Source: Candidatus Onthovivens sp. (GTDB lineage: Bacteria > Bacillota_I > Bacilli_A > RFN20 > CAG-826). Taken from it: a DNA stretch of 64,000 bases. Made by a program: the position numbers and the translations under genes. The DNA lies in assembly GCA_035270825.1 (NCBI GenBank), contig DATESL010000028.1:1064-65063 (forward strand), written 5' to 3'. Numbering within the stretch: the stretch's first letter is position 1; the number at the start of each line of letters is the position of its first letter. The notes under the pieces were generated by a model. It made no database searches. It saw only the letters and a list, made by a program, of their open reading frames with translations, and had not been told where the DNA came from. Below are positions 28,086 through 42,521 of this stretch, piece by piece.

Positions 28086-29099
28086 ATGGCAATTAAAGTC
28101 GCAATAAACGGATTCGGGAGAATCGGACGTCTCGCATTCAGACAAATGTTTGGTGCAAATGGTTATGAAATCGTCGCAATCAATGATTTAACAGATCCAA
28201 AAATGTTAGCTCATTTACTTAAATACGATTCATCACAAGGAACTTATGCTTTAGCAAGTACTGTCGAAGCAAAAGAATCATCAATTGTTGTTGATGGCAA
28301 AGAAATTAAAATCTACAGTGAAAAAGACGCAATTAATTTACCTTGGAAAGATTTAAATGTTGATGTCGTTTTAGAGTGTACTGGTTTTTATACTTCAAAA
28401 GAAAAAGCAATGGCTCATATTAATGCCGGTGCTAAAAAAGTTATTATTAGTGCTCCAGCTGGTAAAGATTTACCAACAGTTGTTTTTGGAGTTAACGAAG
28501 GTATCTTAAAAGCTAGCGATACTGTTATCAGTGCTGCCAGCTGTACTACAAACTGCTTAGCCCCAATGGCTGATGGTTTAAATAAATTTGCTCCTATTCA
28601 ATCTGGAATTATGACCACAGTTCACGCTTATACTGGTGATCAAATGGTTTTAGATGGACCTCATAGAAAAGGTGACTTAAGAAGAGCACGTGCTGCTGCT
28701 GCAAACATCGTTCCTAATAGTACTGGTGCTGCAAAAGCAATTGGTTTAGTTATTCCTGAATTAAACGGAAAATTAATCGGTAGTGCACAAAGAGTTCCAG
28801 TTTTAACTGGTTCAACAACTATTTTAATTGCTGTTTGTAAAGGTAACTTTACAGCTGATGAAGTCAATGCTTATATGAAATCGGTTAAATCTGAATCTTA
28901 TGGATATAATGAAGATCAAATCGTTTCTAGCGATGTCATCGGAAGTAGTTATGGTTCCTTATTTGATTCAACTCAAACAATGGTTTCAAAAATTGATGAT
29001 AACACATCACTTGTTCAAGTTGTTAGCTGGTATGATAATGAAAATTCTTATACCACACAAATGGTCAGAACCATTAAATACTTTGCTGAATTAAAATAA
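28086..29099 (+). CDS. gap: Glyceraldehyde-3-phosphate dehydrogenase
   Basis: [16 protein letters not shown] motif and active site [12 protein letters not shown]. Confidence 0.95.
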   Translation: MAIKVAINGFGRIGRLAFRQMFGANGYEIVAINDLTDPKMLAHLLKYDSSQGTYALASTVEAKESSIVVDGKEIKIYSEKDAINLPWKDLNVDVVLECTGFYTSKEKAMAHINAGAKKVIISAPAGKDLPTVVFGVNEGILKASDTVISAASCTTNCLAPMADGLNKFAPIQSGIMTTVHAYTGDQMVLDGPHRKGDLRRARAAAANIVPNSTGAAKAIGLVIPELNGKLIGSAQRVPVLTGSTTILIAVCKGNFTADEVNAYMKSVKSESYGYNEDQIVSSDVIGSSYGSLFDSTQTMVSKIDDNTSLVQVVSWYDNENSYTTQMVRTIKYFAELK

Positions 29100-29112
29100 T
29101 TATATTTTTAAA

Positions 29113-29145
29113 TTAAGGCCTGATCATATTAATTAGGCCTTTTTA
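29113..29145 (+). terminator. Hairpin (possible partial terminator) between gap and pgk
   Basis: aaggcct (29115-29121) / 13-nt loop / aggcctt (29135-29141), then tttt. Confidence 0.45.
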
Positions 29146-29164
29146 TATAAAAAAGGAGAAAAAG

Positions 29165-30391
29165 ATGAATACAATTGATACTTTAAAAGATTTAGATAAT
29201 AAAAAAGTTTTAGTTAGAGTTGACTTTAATGTTCCTTTAAAGGGTAGCGAAGTTCGTGATGACAACCGCGTTCAAGCCGCTTTACCTACCATTAAAGCAT
29301 TACTTGAAAAAGGTGCTACTCTTGTTTTAATGTCCCACTTAGGAAAAATTAAATGGGGAAAAGTTAGTGATGAAGAAATTGAAGCACAAAAAAAGAAAAA
29401 CAATATGGAATATGTTCTTCCAGTTTTAGAAAAACACTTACCTGGTGTTAAGGTTTATTTTTCTAAGGCCACAAGTGGTGAAGAATTAGCTGCTGCAATT
29501 GCTAAATTAAATAAGGGCGAGGTTTTACTTGTTCAAAATACTCGTTATGAAAAAGGTGAATCAAAGAATTCTCCAGAATTAGCAGCTGATTGGGCTAAAA
29601 ATGTTGATGGTTTTGTAATGGATGCTTTTGGGAGTGCTCATCGTGCTCATGCCTCAACCTTTGGTGTTCCTTCAATTTTAAAAGCTGAAGGTAAAATGGT
29701 TGCTCTTGGTTATTTAATGGAAAAAGAAGTTAAAAACTTAGGAGCTTGTGTTGAAGGCAAAACTCATCCCTATATTGCTATTTTAGGTGGATTTAAAGTT
29801 AGTGACAAAATTAAAGTTATTAGCGCTCTTTTAAATAAATGCGATAAAATTTTAATTGGTGGAGCCATGGCTTTTACTTTTGCTAAAGCTTTAGGAATTA
29901 GTATTGGAAATTCACCTTGTGAAGATGATCAATTAGAATTTGCAAGAAAATGCTATAGTAGTGGAAAGATTGTTTTACCAATTGATTCTAAATGCGCTAA
30001 TGGTTTTGATAATTATAATGATATTATTACCGTTAATACTGAAGTTGAATTAGGAAAAGCTGGAATTCCTGATGGTTATCAAGGGTTAGATATCGGACCT
30101 AAGACTGCTAAATTATATGAAGATATTATTCGCAGTAGTCGCCTTATTTTCTGGAATGGACCAATGGGTGTTTTCGAAGATCCAAACTTCCAAGATGGAA
30201 CAAAAGCTGTTTGTAAAGCAATTAGTTTAAATAAGGACGCCTTTAGTGTTATTGGTGGTGGTGATAGTGCTGCTGCGGCTAAAGAATTTGGATATTCAGA
30301 AGGATTCTCTCATGTTTCAACCGGTGGTGGTGCATCACTTGAAATGATTGAAAATGATGGAGCTTTACCTGGAATTGACGTCATTGGATAA
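29165..30391 (+). CDS. pgk: Phosphoglycerate kinase
   Basis: 408 aa; VRVDFNVPL, SHLGKI and GGGDSAAA motifs. Confidence 0.95.
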   Translation: MNTIDTLKDLDNKKVLVRVDFNVPLKGSEVRDDNRVQAALPTIKALLEKGATLVLMSHLGKIKWGKVSDEEIEAQKKKNNMEYVLPVLEKHLPGVKVYFSKATSGEELAAAIAKLNKGEVLLVQNTRYEKGESKNSPELAADWAKNVDGFVMDAFGSAHRAHASTFGVPSILKAEGKMVALGYLMEKEVKNLGACVEGKTHPYIAILGGFKVSDKIKVISALLNKCDKILIGGAMAFTFAKALGISIGNSPCEDDQLEFARKCYSSGKIVLPIDSKCANGFDNYNDIITVNTEVELGKAGIPDGYQGLDIGPKTAKLYEDIIRSSRLIFWNGPMGVFEDPNFQDGTKAVCKAISLNKDAFSVIGGGDSAAAAKEFGYSEGFSHVSTGGGASLEMIENDGALPGIDVIG

Positions 30392-30403
30392 GGAAAGAAA
30401 AAA

Positions 30404-31162
30404 ATGAGAAGAAAATTATTACTTGGCAACTGGAAAATGAATAAAACTGTTGCTGAAGCTACTTTTTTTGCTACCGAAGCTAAAACATTAGGTAAAGAAG
30501 CAAAAAAACATAAGATCGATATGGGAATTTGTGTTCCTTTCACTGCTTTAAGTGCTGTCAAAAAAATCTTAAAGAAGTCTTTAATTGTTGGAGCTCAAAA
30601 CTGTCATCATTTAAATTCTGGTGCTTACACTGGAGAAATTTCGATTCCAATGCTACAAGAGTTAAATATTGATACCTGTCTAGTTGGACACTCTGAAAGA
30701 AGAGAATATAACAATGAAACTAATGAAACTTGTAATTTAAAATTAAAAGCTTTATTAGCTGCTCAAATGACTCCAGTTTATTGCTGCGGTGAGAGTTTAA
30801 CTGTTTTTGAAGAGGGCAACACCAAAACTTTTGTCAAAGAACAAATTGAAAAAGGTTTTGAAGGGATTAGCGCTGAAGATGCAATTAAAGTTATTGTTGC
30901 TTATGAACCAATTTGGAGCATTGGCACAGGTAAAAATGCATCAAAGGAAATTGCTGAAGATGTTATTGCCTTTATTCGTAAAACTTTAAAAAATTTATAT
31001 GGAACAAAAATTTCTAATAAGATTCGCATCTTATATGGTGGAAGTGTTAAACCAAATAATATTAAAGAATATTTAAGTCAAAAAAATATCGATGGGGCTT
31101 TAGTTGGTGGAGCAAGTTTAGATGCTACATCTTATAAAGAATTATTAACAAATCTTATTTAA
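30404..31162 (+). CDS. tpiA: Triose-phosphate isomerase
   Basis: GNWKMNK, VGHSERR and AYEPIWSIGTGK motifs. Confidence 0.95.
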   Translation: MRRKLLLGNWKMNKTVAEATFFATEAKTLGKEAKKHKIDMGICVPFTALSAVKKILKKSLIVGAQNCHHLNSGAYTGEISIPMLQELNIDTCLVGHSERREYNNETNETCNLKLKALLAAQMTPVYCCGESLTVFEEGNTKTFVKEQIEKGFEGISAEDAIKVIVAYEPIWSIGTGKNASKEIAEDVIAFIRKTLKNLYGTKISNKIRILYGGSVKPNNIKEYLSQKNIDGALVGGASLDATSYKELLTNLI

Positions 31163-31184
31163 GAGATTTAGCAATAAAAGAAAA

Positions 31185-31215
31185 AGAAAAAGAGAATTAA
31201 TTTCTCTTTTTTTCT
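31185..31215 (+). terminator. Rho-independent terminator after tpiA
   Basis: aaaagagaa / ttaat / ttctctttt hairpin (about 31187-31211) followed by a T-run. Confidence 0.65.
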
Positions 31216-31274
31216 TGCATAATTTCCTCTCTATTATAAGATAAATATAGTTATTTATTTAAGGAGTAAAATCT

Positions 31275-32024
31275 ATGGAACAAAACATCAATCAAGTTGA
31301 TCAAAAAGAACTCAAAAAAGAGATGTCTCTTTATACTAAAACTTTCCTATTTTTAGGATTGGCATTACTCACTACTGCTCTTGCTACTATTGGCTTTGCG
31401 ATCATGTTTGCCTATTTCTTTCCTTACAGTGAAAATGCTTTTACTATTTATCTTATTTTTTCTATTGTTGCTGGAGTTGGAACAATGATTACTTCCCTGG
31501 TAACAACCTTTAAAGTTATTAAAAATAAATCCAGCGCCATTATACCTTTTATAATATATGTTTTATTTATGTCCTTATTACTTGCTAATATTTCCTATTT
31601 TATTGCTGATCCTTATACAATTGGTGTCTCTTTAGTAATTACATCCTTAATTTTTTTCACAATTTGTATTTGCACTTTAATCTTTAAATCAAGATATCGC
31701 CTTGTTTTTGGCCTCTTGATTGGGTTAGGAGTGGCTGTTGGAATTATGAGTTTAGTTAATTTTTTGATACTTCCTTTTCTTTTTACTGGAAGCGAAGCTG
31801 CTTTTGATGCTTTTATGCAAACTTTTTATATTGTTCAAGGGATAACTTTGATTTTAAGTGTTGTAGTAACAGTTGCAGATTTAATGGCTTTAAAATCCCT
31901 AGCAGCTACTGGGGAGAACCGTACAAACTATGCTTTATTGATGGCTCTGAACTTATATAACGATTTTATTTGGATTTTAATTCGTGTAATTATTCTTGTT
32001 TCGCGTAATCGCGGAAGAAATTAA
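31275..32024 (+). CDS. Bax inhibitor-1/YccA family membrane protein
   Basis: 249 aa with 7 TM helices; typical BI-1 C-terminus YALLMALNLYNDFIWILIRVIILV. Confidence 0.7.
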   Translation: MEQNINQVDQKELKKEMSLYTKTFLFLGLALLTTALATIGFAIMFAYFFPYSENAFTIYLIFSIVAGVGTMITSLVTTFKVIKNKSSAIIPFIIYVLFMSLLLANISYFIADPYTIGVSLVITSLIFFTICICTLIFKSRYRLVFGLLIGLGVAVGIMSLVNFLILPFLFTGSEAAFDAFMQTFYIVQGITLILSVVVTVADLMALKSLAATGENRTNYALLMALNLYNDFIWILIRVIILVSRNRGRN

Positions 32025-32105
32025 TACTAATTTTTGCCTAATTCGACAATTTATCTTCATTTTAAAATAAGTTGAAAAATATTTGTTAAATTTGCGATAT
32101 TTCGC

Positions 32106-32134
32106 TTTACAAAAAATAGGCATTAAGATACAAT
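32106..32134 (+). promoter_or_regulatory. Candidate rRNA promoter P1
   Basis: TTTACA (32106-32111), 17 nt spacer, TACAAT (32129-32134). Confidence 0.5.
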
Positions 32135-32257
32135 ACTAATAGACTTTTTTAGAGACTATTAAATTAATAAATAGTGCTTTAGATCTTAGTCAAATTTATA
32201 CTAAGATTAATATTTAATACGCTTAAAAATTAAATATGAAAAAAGTTTAAAAAAGTG

Positions 32258-32286
32258 TTGACATTACATTAGCAAATGTAATATCA
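32258..32286 (+). promoter_or_regulatory. Candidate rRNA promoter P2
   Basis: Consensus TTGACA (32258-32263) followed by tgTAATAT/ATATCA -10 candidates at 15-17 nt. Confidence 0.4.
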
Positions 32287-32353
32287 TATTAAAGCGTTCG
32301 GCAAAAGAGACTTTCTTAAAAGCCGAGTATAACGAGAGTTATAGCGCAAGAGA

Positions 32354-32374
32354 TCTTTGAAAACTAAACAGATG
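32354..32374 (+). other. 5' half of the 16S processing stem (boxA-like tctttgaaaacta element)
   Basis: aaaactaaacagatg is the perfect complement of catctgtttagtttt at 34089-34103, with 5 further pairs after one mismatch. Confidence 0.7.
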
Positions 32375-32450
32375 TACAACAAACAAACGTCATAAAATTA
32401 AGTTTTTATAAAAACAACAAAACCAGAATAATTAATGAAACAAGATACAA

Positions 32451-33983
<1,533 letters not shown>

Positions 33984-34088
33984 ATGGAATATAATAGAAA
34001 TCTCGACTAAAGTAAGTCGATGTGTAAAAAAATACTTAAAAAAACAAATTTATCTGTATTATTAAGTGGTGTATGACGTTTAAACGTT

Positions 34089-34109
34089 CATCTGTTTAGT
34101 TTTGAGAGA
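34089..34109 (+). other. 3' half of the 16S processing stem in the ITS
   Basis: Complementary to 32354-32374 (see that feature). Confidence 0.7.
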
Positions 34110-34128
34110 ATAGTCTTCTCTTAAAGCT

Positions 34129-34151
34129 TGTTCTTTGAAAACTAGATATTT
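34129..34151 (+). other. 5' half of the 23S processing stem (second boxA-like ttctttgaaaactaga element)
   Basis: tgttctttgaaaactagatattt pairs with aaatatctagttttcagagaaca at 37232-37254 (23 bp with one G-U). Confidence 0.7.
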
Positions 34152-34274
34152 ATAAAACATGTTCTTTCTGTTAAGTTGCAAATTTCATTTGAGTGTATAT
34201 TCAAATTTATTGCGATCTAACAAAAATTATTATTATTTGTTAAGACAAAACTAAAACCTAAATTTTTTTACGAA

Positions 34275-37160
<2,886 letters not shown>

Positions 37161-37231
37161 TCAAGAAAAGATTTTATTGATCTATAAAAAATATGTAAAA
37201 ACAATTTAGGGTAAGGAAAGAACATAAATAA

Positions 37232-37254
37232 AAATATCTAGTTTTCAGAGAACA
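37232..37254 (+). other. 3' half of the 23S processing stem
   Basis: Complementary to 34129-34151. Confidence 0.7.
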
Positions 37255-37289
37255 TCTTTAGTGATAGAATTCTCTTAGACGTATAAAAG

Positions 37290-37396
37290 TCTGGTGACGA
37301 TGACACAGTGGACACACCTCTTCCCATCCCGAACAGAGAAGTTAAGCACTGCAGTGGCGAAGGTAGTCGAAAGGCAAGAATAGCAAGTCGCTGGGC
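37290..37396 (+). rRNA. rrf: 5S ribosomal RNA (short, about 107 nt)
   Basis: tctggtgacgat...cccatcccgaacagagaagttaagc...gtcgctgggc; helix I closes 5' tctggtgac with 3' gtcgctggg; followed by a T-run. Confidence 0.88.
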
Positions 37397-37497
37397 TTTT
37401 TTTAATGCAAATTAATTAGATATTAAGATTTATATAGTTTTTATTTTGTTTAATTTTTGGTATAATAGATATTGCCTATCGTGATAGGAATTTAAAT

Positions 37498-37878
37498 ATG
37501 GAAAAAGTAAAAAAAGTAAAGAATGAGGTAGCTAATAAAGCTACTCCTAAAAAGCCCATAATCAATGTTAAAGAGCTCTCAACAATGGTTGGTGAGATCT
37601 GTAGCGAAGCATATGGGGTGGTTGGTTTAACAAAAGTCAATTCGATCCGCAATAATTATGTTATCTTATTGAAAAAGGATTATATTGAAGGTGTAGTTAT
37701 TACAAGCTATGGCTTAAATGAATTTGTCATTGATGTTCATTTAATTTTAGCATATGGTGTAAAAATTACCGAAGTCGCCAGTGAAGTCTCCAAGAGAATC
37801 TCTTACTTTTTATCAAAAAAATATGGAAAGATCTTCAAAGCTATCAACGTTTACGTTGAAGGGCTTCAAGAGATTTAA
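37498..37878 (+). CDS. Asp23/Gls24 family protein (YloU-like)
   Basis: 126 aa; AYGVVGL motif and position upstream of the DAK2 gene as in the Bacillus yloU-yloV pair. Confidence 0.8.
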   Translation: MEKVKKVKNEVANKATPKKPIINVKELSTMVGEICSEAYGVVGLTKVNSIRNNYVILLKKDYIEGVVITSYGLNEFVIDVHLILAYGVKITEVASEVSKRISYFLSKKYGKIFKAINVYVEGLQEI

Positions 37879-37893
37879 TTTTAGAGGTACAAT

Positions 37894-39546
37894 ATGCGAA
37901 TTATAAATGGTCAGTTATTAAAAGAAATGATTATTTCAGGTTCCAATAATTTATATAATTATTATCCTGATATCGATGCTTTAAATGTTTTCCCGGTTCC
38001 AGATGGTGATACCGGTACAAATATGAATTTAACAATGAGTTCTGGAGCAAAAACAATCATGAACCGTCAAGACGATGATTGTTATAGTATTGCTAAGGCC
38101 TTTTCAAAGGGCTTATTAATGGGAGCTCGTGGAAATAGTGGTGTTATTACCTCACAAATCTTTCGTGGGTTTGCTGATGCCTTAGAAGGTAAAAGTGAAA
38201 TTGATGCTCTAGCTTTAGCTGATGCATTTGAAAATGGTGCGAAAGTGGCCTATAAGGCCGTTATTAAACCAGTTGAGGGAACAATTTTAACAGTTATTCG
38301 TGAAACAAGTCAAAAATTAGCTAAAAGTGTTACAGCTAAAATGACAATTGAACAAGCCTTTAAGTTAATAATTTTAGAAGGTAATGCCTCTTTAGAGAGA
38401 ACTCCTAATCTTTTACCTGTTTTAAAGGAAGTTGGAGTTGTTGATAGTGGTGGTGCTGGGTTAATGAAAATTTTAGAAGGGATGCAAAGTGCTCTTTTAA
38501 ATAAAATGGTCGAAAGATTAGAAGATGTTGTTGAAACCGAAGGAAGCAGTATGCAAACTTCACTTGAAAGTGAAGAAGCCTATGGATATTGTACAGAATT
38601 TATTTTACGTTTAGAAGAAAGTGAAAATAAGAAAAAATTTGATCAAAAACGTTTCACAACTGTTTTAAACGCAAAAGGTAATAGTTTAGTCGTCGTTAGT
38701 GATTATGATGTTGTAAAAGTTCATATTCACACCCTTCGCCCAGGTGAAGTTTTTAACTATGCTCAACAATTTGGAGAGTTTGTTAAGTTAAAGTGTGAAA
38801 ATATGACTGAACAACATAATGAAATTCTCTTCCAAGAGAGTTTAAAAGAAAATAGTAAAAAAAGTGTCAAAGAATCACAAAAAGATTATGCTTTAATTGT
38901 CACTTCAAGTGGCAAAGGAATCGATAAACTTTTTAATGAAATTGGCATTACAAATATAGTTAATGGTGGACAAACGATGAATAGCTCAACGAGTGATTTC
39001 CTCGACGCCATCGAAAAAGCAAACGCTAAAGTTTGTTATCTTTTCCCAAATAATGGCAACATTATTTTAGCTGCTTCTCAAGCTAAGGAAATATTAGAGG
39101 GGAAGGTAAAAGTATACGTCATCCCAACTAAAACAATTATGCAAGGAGTTGTTAGTGCAATGAATTTTAATCCAGATTTAAAAGAGGATGAAAATTTTGA
39201 GGTGATGAATGAAGCAATTTCAAGTGTCCGCAGTGGAGCGGTTACTTTTGCTATTAAAGATACCGAAATTGAGGGTGTTAAAGTTAAGAAAAATGAGTTT
39301 ATGGCAATTGTTGAAAGTAAAAATATTATCAGCAGTCATAAATCAAAATTCATTGCTTTAAAATCACTTTTGAAGAGATTAATTGATGATAATAGTGCTA
39401 TTTGTACTATTTTATGTGGTGAAGATATTAAAGACCGTGAGATGAAAAATTTAGCCAAAGAATTAGAGGAAGAATATCCTTTAATTGATGTTGATATTCG
39501 CAAAGGCGATCAACCAGTCTATAGTTTCCTCGTTGGAATCGAATAA
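37894..39546 (+). CDS. fakA: DAK2-domain protein YloV / fatty acid kinase FakA-like
   Basis: 550 aa; N-terminal DAK2 motif VFPVPDGDTGTNM...GARGNSGVI and a C-terminal DegV-like domain. Confidence 0.8.
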   Translation: MRIINGQLLKEMIISGSNNLYNYYPDIDALNVFPVPDGDTGTNMNLTMSSGAKTIMNRQDDDCYSIAKAFSKGLLMGARGNSGVITSQIFRGFADALEGKSEIDALALADAFENGAKVAYKAVIKPVEGTILTVIRETSQKLAKSVTAKMTIEQAFKLIILEGNASLERTPNLLPVLKEVGVVDSGGAGLMKILEGMQSALLNKMVERLEDVVETEGSSMQTSLESEEAYGYCTEFILRLEESENKKKFDQKRFTTVLNAKGNSLVVVSDYDVVKVHIHTLRPGEVFNYAQQFGEFVKLKCENMTEQHNEILFQESLKENSKKSVKESQKDYALIVTSSGKGIDKLFNEIGITNIVNGGQTMNSSTSDFLDAIEKANAKVCYLFPNNGNIILAASQAKEILEGKVKVYVIPTKTIMQGVVSAMNFNPDLKEDENFEVMNEAISSVRSGAVTFAIKDTEIEGVKVKKNEFMAIVESKNIISSHKSKFIALKSLLKRLIDDNSAICTILCGEDIKDREMKNLAKELEEEYPLIDVDIRKGDQPVYSFLVGIE

Positions 39547-39560
39547 AGGAAGAAAAATTT

Positions 39561-40538
39561 ATGAACATTGTTATTGATATGATGGGTGGGGATAAGGGCT
39601 TAGAAGCAACAATCCCTAGTCTAAAAAAATTCTTGAAAAGTCATGATGATGTGATGATTTATGCTGTTGGAGATGAACCATCTTTAAGTGATTTTAAAAA
39701 TCATAAAAGAGTTAAAATTATTCCTTCAACTACTGTTTTAAAAATGGATGTTAATCCTCTTGATGCTATTCATGATAAAAATAGCTCTTTAATGGTTGGA
39801 ATTAAAACTCTTCTTGATAATGAGTGTGACGGGATTGTTAGTGCTGGCTCAACTGGAGCTTTATTAACAGCCGGGATCATGAAAATTAAAAGATTAAGCG
39901 GGATTTCTCGTCCTGGCTTATTAACTCCTTTTCCTACTGCCGTTAAAGGTAAAAAGATGGTGGTTATTGACTTAGGAGCTAACACTTCTAATACTCCTGA
40001 AGAATTAAATCAATTTGCGGTGATGGCATCATTATTTGCAAGTTTTGCTTATAAAACTAAACAACCAAAAGTTTATTTATTAAATAATGGAACGGAAGAA
40101 GAAAAAGGCAACGATATTACAAAAGCTGCTTTTAAACTTTTAAAAGAAAATAAGCAAATTAATTTTGTCGGAAATATGGAAGCTCGTGATGTATTAAATG
40201 GCGAAGCGGATTGTTTAATTTGTGATGGATTTAGTGGAAATATTCTTTTAAAAGCAATTGAGGGAACGGCTTCATTTGTTTCAAGTTTATTAAAGAAAGC
40301 TTTTAAAAGAAGTTTAGGATCTCGAATTGGTTATTTATTAACTAAAAAGGGTGTTAAAGAAATGAAAAGTGTTATGAATTATAAAAATACTGGTGGAGCA
40401 ATGCTTTGTGGGATTAACGAAGTTTGTATTAAAGCTCATGGTTCTAGTGATGATGAGGCTTTTTTAGGTGCTTTAGAGTTGACTTACAATTTATGTGATG
40501 CTCATATTGTTGAAAAATTCAAAGAGGCTTTGAAATAA
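39561..40538 (+). CDS. plsX: Phosphate acyltransferase PlsX
   Basis: 325 aa; IVIDMMGGDKG start and SAGSTGALL motif. Confidence 0.9.
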   Translation: MNIVIDMMGGDKGLEATIPSLKKFLKSHDDVMIYAVGDEPSLSDFKNHKRVKIIPSTTVLKMDVNPLDAIHDKNSSLMVGIKTLLDNECDGIVSAGSTGALLTAGIMKIKRLSGISRPGLLTPFPTAVKGKKMVVIDLGANTSNTPEELNQFAVMASLFASFAYKTKQPKVYLLNNGTEEEKGNDITKAAFKLLKENKQINFVGNMEARDVLNGEADCLICDGFSGNILLKAIEGTASFVSSLLKKAFKRSLGSRIGYLLTKKGVKEMKSVMNYKNTGGAMLCGINEVCIKAHGSSDDEAFLGALELTYNLCDAHIVEKFKEALK

Positions 40539-40545
40539 AATAAAA

Positions 40546-41229
40546 ATGGAAAATTTAAGAAGTTTTTTCAAAGAATTAAAAATTAAACCTCATAATAAAG
40601 AGCTCTATGAGATCGCTTTTACTCATTCCTCTTATAATAGTGATGCCAAAACTTCTCACCGTGATTATGAACGTTTAGAATTTATTGGAGATAGTGTGCT
40701 CGGTTTTGTTGTTGCCTCATTACTTTTTAGTGCTCATCCAGAGTTTAGAGAAGGTGATTTAACAAAAGCTAAGGCTTCTCTTGTTCAAACTAAGTCTCTA
40801 GCAATGTATGCTCGCAAGGAAGATTTTGCTGAATATATTAAAGTTGGTCATAGTATTTCAAAAGAAGAAGTTAAAAATAATAATTCGATTTTAGAAGATG
40901 TTTTTGAAGCTGTCATTGGAGCTATTTATTTAGATCAAGGAATTAAAGTATGTTCTAAATATATTTCTAAAGTATTTTTAGAAGATATTATTGATTTTAA
41001 AATGGAAGAAGTTAAAGATTATAAATCACTTCTTCAAGAAGCAATGCAGGCTGAATATCGTGAATCAGTTCACTATTCTTTAATTGAAGAAAAAGGACCT
41101 CCTCATGATAAAACATTTTTTGTTGAAGTCTCCTTTAATAATATTGTGTTAGGGCGAGGAACTGGTAAAACGAAGAAAGCTGCTGAGCAAAAAGCTGCTG
41201 AAGAAGCTTTGTCGAAAAAGGCTGGTTAA
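40546..41229 (+). CDS. rnc: Ribonuclease III
   Basis: Signature ERLEFIGDSVLG and C-terminal dsRBD (GPPHDKTFFVEV...GKTKKAAEQKAAEEAL). Confidence 0.93.
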   Translation: MENLRSFFKELKIKPHNKELYEIAFTHSSYNSDAKTSHRDYERLEFIGDSVLGFVVASLLFSAHPEFREGDLTKAKASLVQTKSLAMYARKEDFAEYIKVGHSISKEEVKNNNSILEDVFEAVIGAIYLDQGIKVCSKYISKVFLEDIIDFKMEEVKDYKSLLQEAMQAEYRESVHYSLIEEKGPPHDKTFFVEVSFNNIVLGRGTGKTKKAAEQKAAEEALSKKAG

Positions 41230-41230
41230 G

Positions 41231-42211
41231 ATGGGTTTTTTTAAAAATTTAAAAAACAAAATCTTTAATAATAAAGATAGAGAAAATCTTTCAACTTATG
41301 AAACGGGATTAGATAAATCTAATAAGTTTTTTTCATCTAAATTAGTTAAATTAGCCAAAGAAACAAAAAAAGTTAATTCTGAGTATTTTGAAAAACTAGA
41401 AGAAATATTAGTCGAGGCAGATTGTGGGATTAATTTTACGATTTCCATAATTGCTCGTTTAGTTCAAAAAGTAAGTGAATTAAAAATTGAAGATAGTGAG
41501 CAAATTAATGAGATGTTAGTGGAGTTAATGTTTGAAAATTACTTTAAAGAAGAAAGTGATAATCAGTTAATTACTTTTACAAAAAAGCCTGAAATTTTAT
41601 TAGTATGTGGAGTTAATGGAGTTGGGAAAACAACATCAATTGCTAAACTTGCTAATTTTTATTTAAAACAAAATAAGAAAATTACTTTAGTGGCTGCTGA
41701 TACTTTTAGAGCTGGAGCTAAAGAACAACTCAATGAATGGGCCAAAAGACTTGGTGTAGCAATTTGTTTAGGAGGGGACAATGAAGACCCTTCAAGTGTT
41801 TGTTATAGTGGCGTTACTTTAGGTTTAAAAAACAATAGTGATTTAATAATTATTGATACAGCTGGTAGGTTACACAACAAAACTAATTTAATGTTGGAAC
41901 TTTCTAAAATTAAAAGAGTGATTGCAAAGCAAATAAGCGACCCTATCACTGTTTATTTAGTTCTTGATGCAACAACTGGTCAAAATGGAATCATGCAGGC
42001 TAAGGCCTTTAAAGAGTTGATTGATATCGACGGGATTGTTATTACGAAGATGGATGGAACAAGTAAGGGCGGAATCATTCTTTCAATTAAAGAAGAATTA
42101 AATATTAAAGTTAAATTTATTGGTTTAGGTGAGGGGATTGATGATTTAGCGATTTTTGATTTAGAAAAATATCTCTATGGTTTAACAAAAGGATTAACAG
42201 AAAATGAATAA
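41231..42211 (+). CDS. ftsY: Signal recognition particle receptor FtsY
   Basis: GVNGVGKTTSIAKLA, DTAGRLHNK and TKMDGTSKGG GTPase motifs; starts 1 nt after the rnc stop. Confidence 0.93.
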   Translation: MGFFKNLKNKIFNNKDRENLSTYETGLDKSNKFFSSKLVKLAKETKKVNSEYFEKLEEILVEADCGINFTISIIARLVQKVSELKIEDSEQINEMLVELMFENYFKEESDNQLITFTKKPEILLVCGVNGVGKTTSIAKLANFYLKQNKKITLVAADTFRAGAKEQLNEWAKRLGVAICLGGDNEDPSSVCYSGVTLGLKNNSDLIIIDTAGRLHNKTNLMLELSKIKRVIAKQISDPITVYLVLDATTGQNGIMQAKAFKELIDIDGIVITKMDGTSKGGIILSIKEELNIKVKFIGLGEGIDDLAIFDLEKYLYGLTKGLTENE

Positions 42212-42521
42212 AATTGATGAATTTAATTATTTTAATGATTTAATCCCACTTTATAAAAACCTTCTAACCCTCAAACAACAAGAAGTTATTGAAAAGTATT
42301 TTATTTATAATCTCTCCCTTTCAGAAATAGCCGAGATTTTAATGATTTCAAAGGCAGGAGTTAATGATCATTTAGAACACGCTAAGCAAAATTTACTTGG
42401 TTATGAAGATAAATTACATATCTTAAAAAAATTAAGATTACTTGAAAAAGATATTGAAAACCTCAATATCACTAAAGAAGAAAAAGAAAAATTAATAAAG
42501 GATTTATATTATGGCATTTGA
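42204..42521 (+). CDS. ylxM: YlxM/UPF0122 putative HTH protein
   Basis: 105 aa; LTLKQQEVIEKYFIYNLSLSEIAEILMISKAGVNDHL; conserved position upstream of ffh. Confidence 0.8.
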   Translation: MNKIDEFNYFNDLIPLYKNLLTLKQQEVIEKYFIYNLSLSEIAEILMISKAGVNDHLEHAKQNLLGYEDKLHILKKLRLLEKDIENLNITKEEKEKLIKDLYYGI

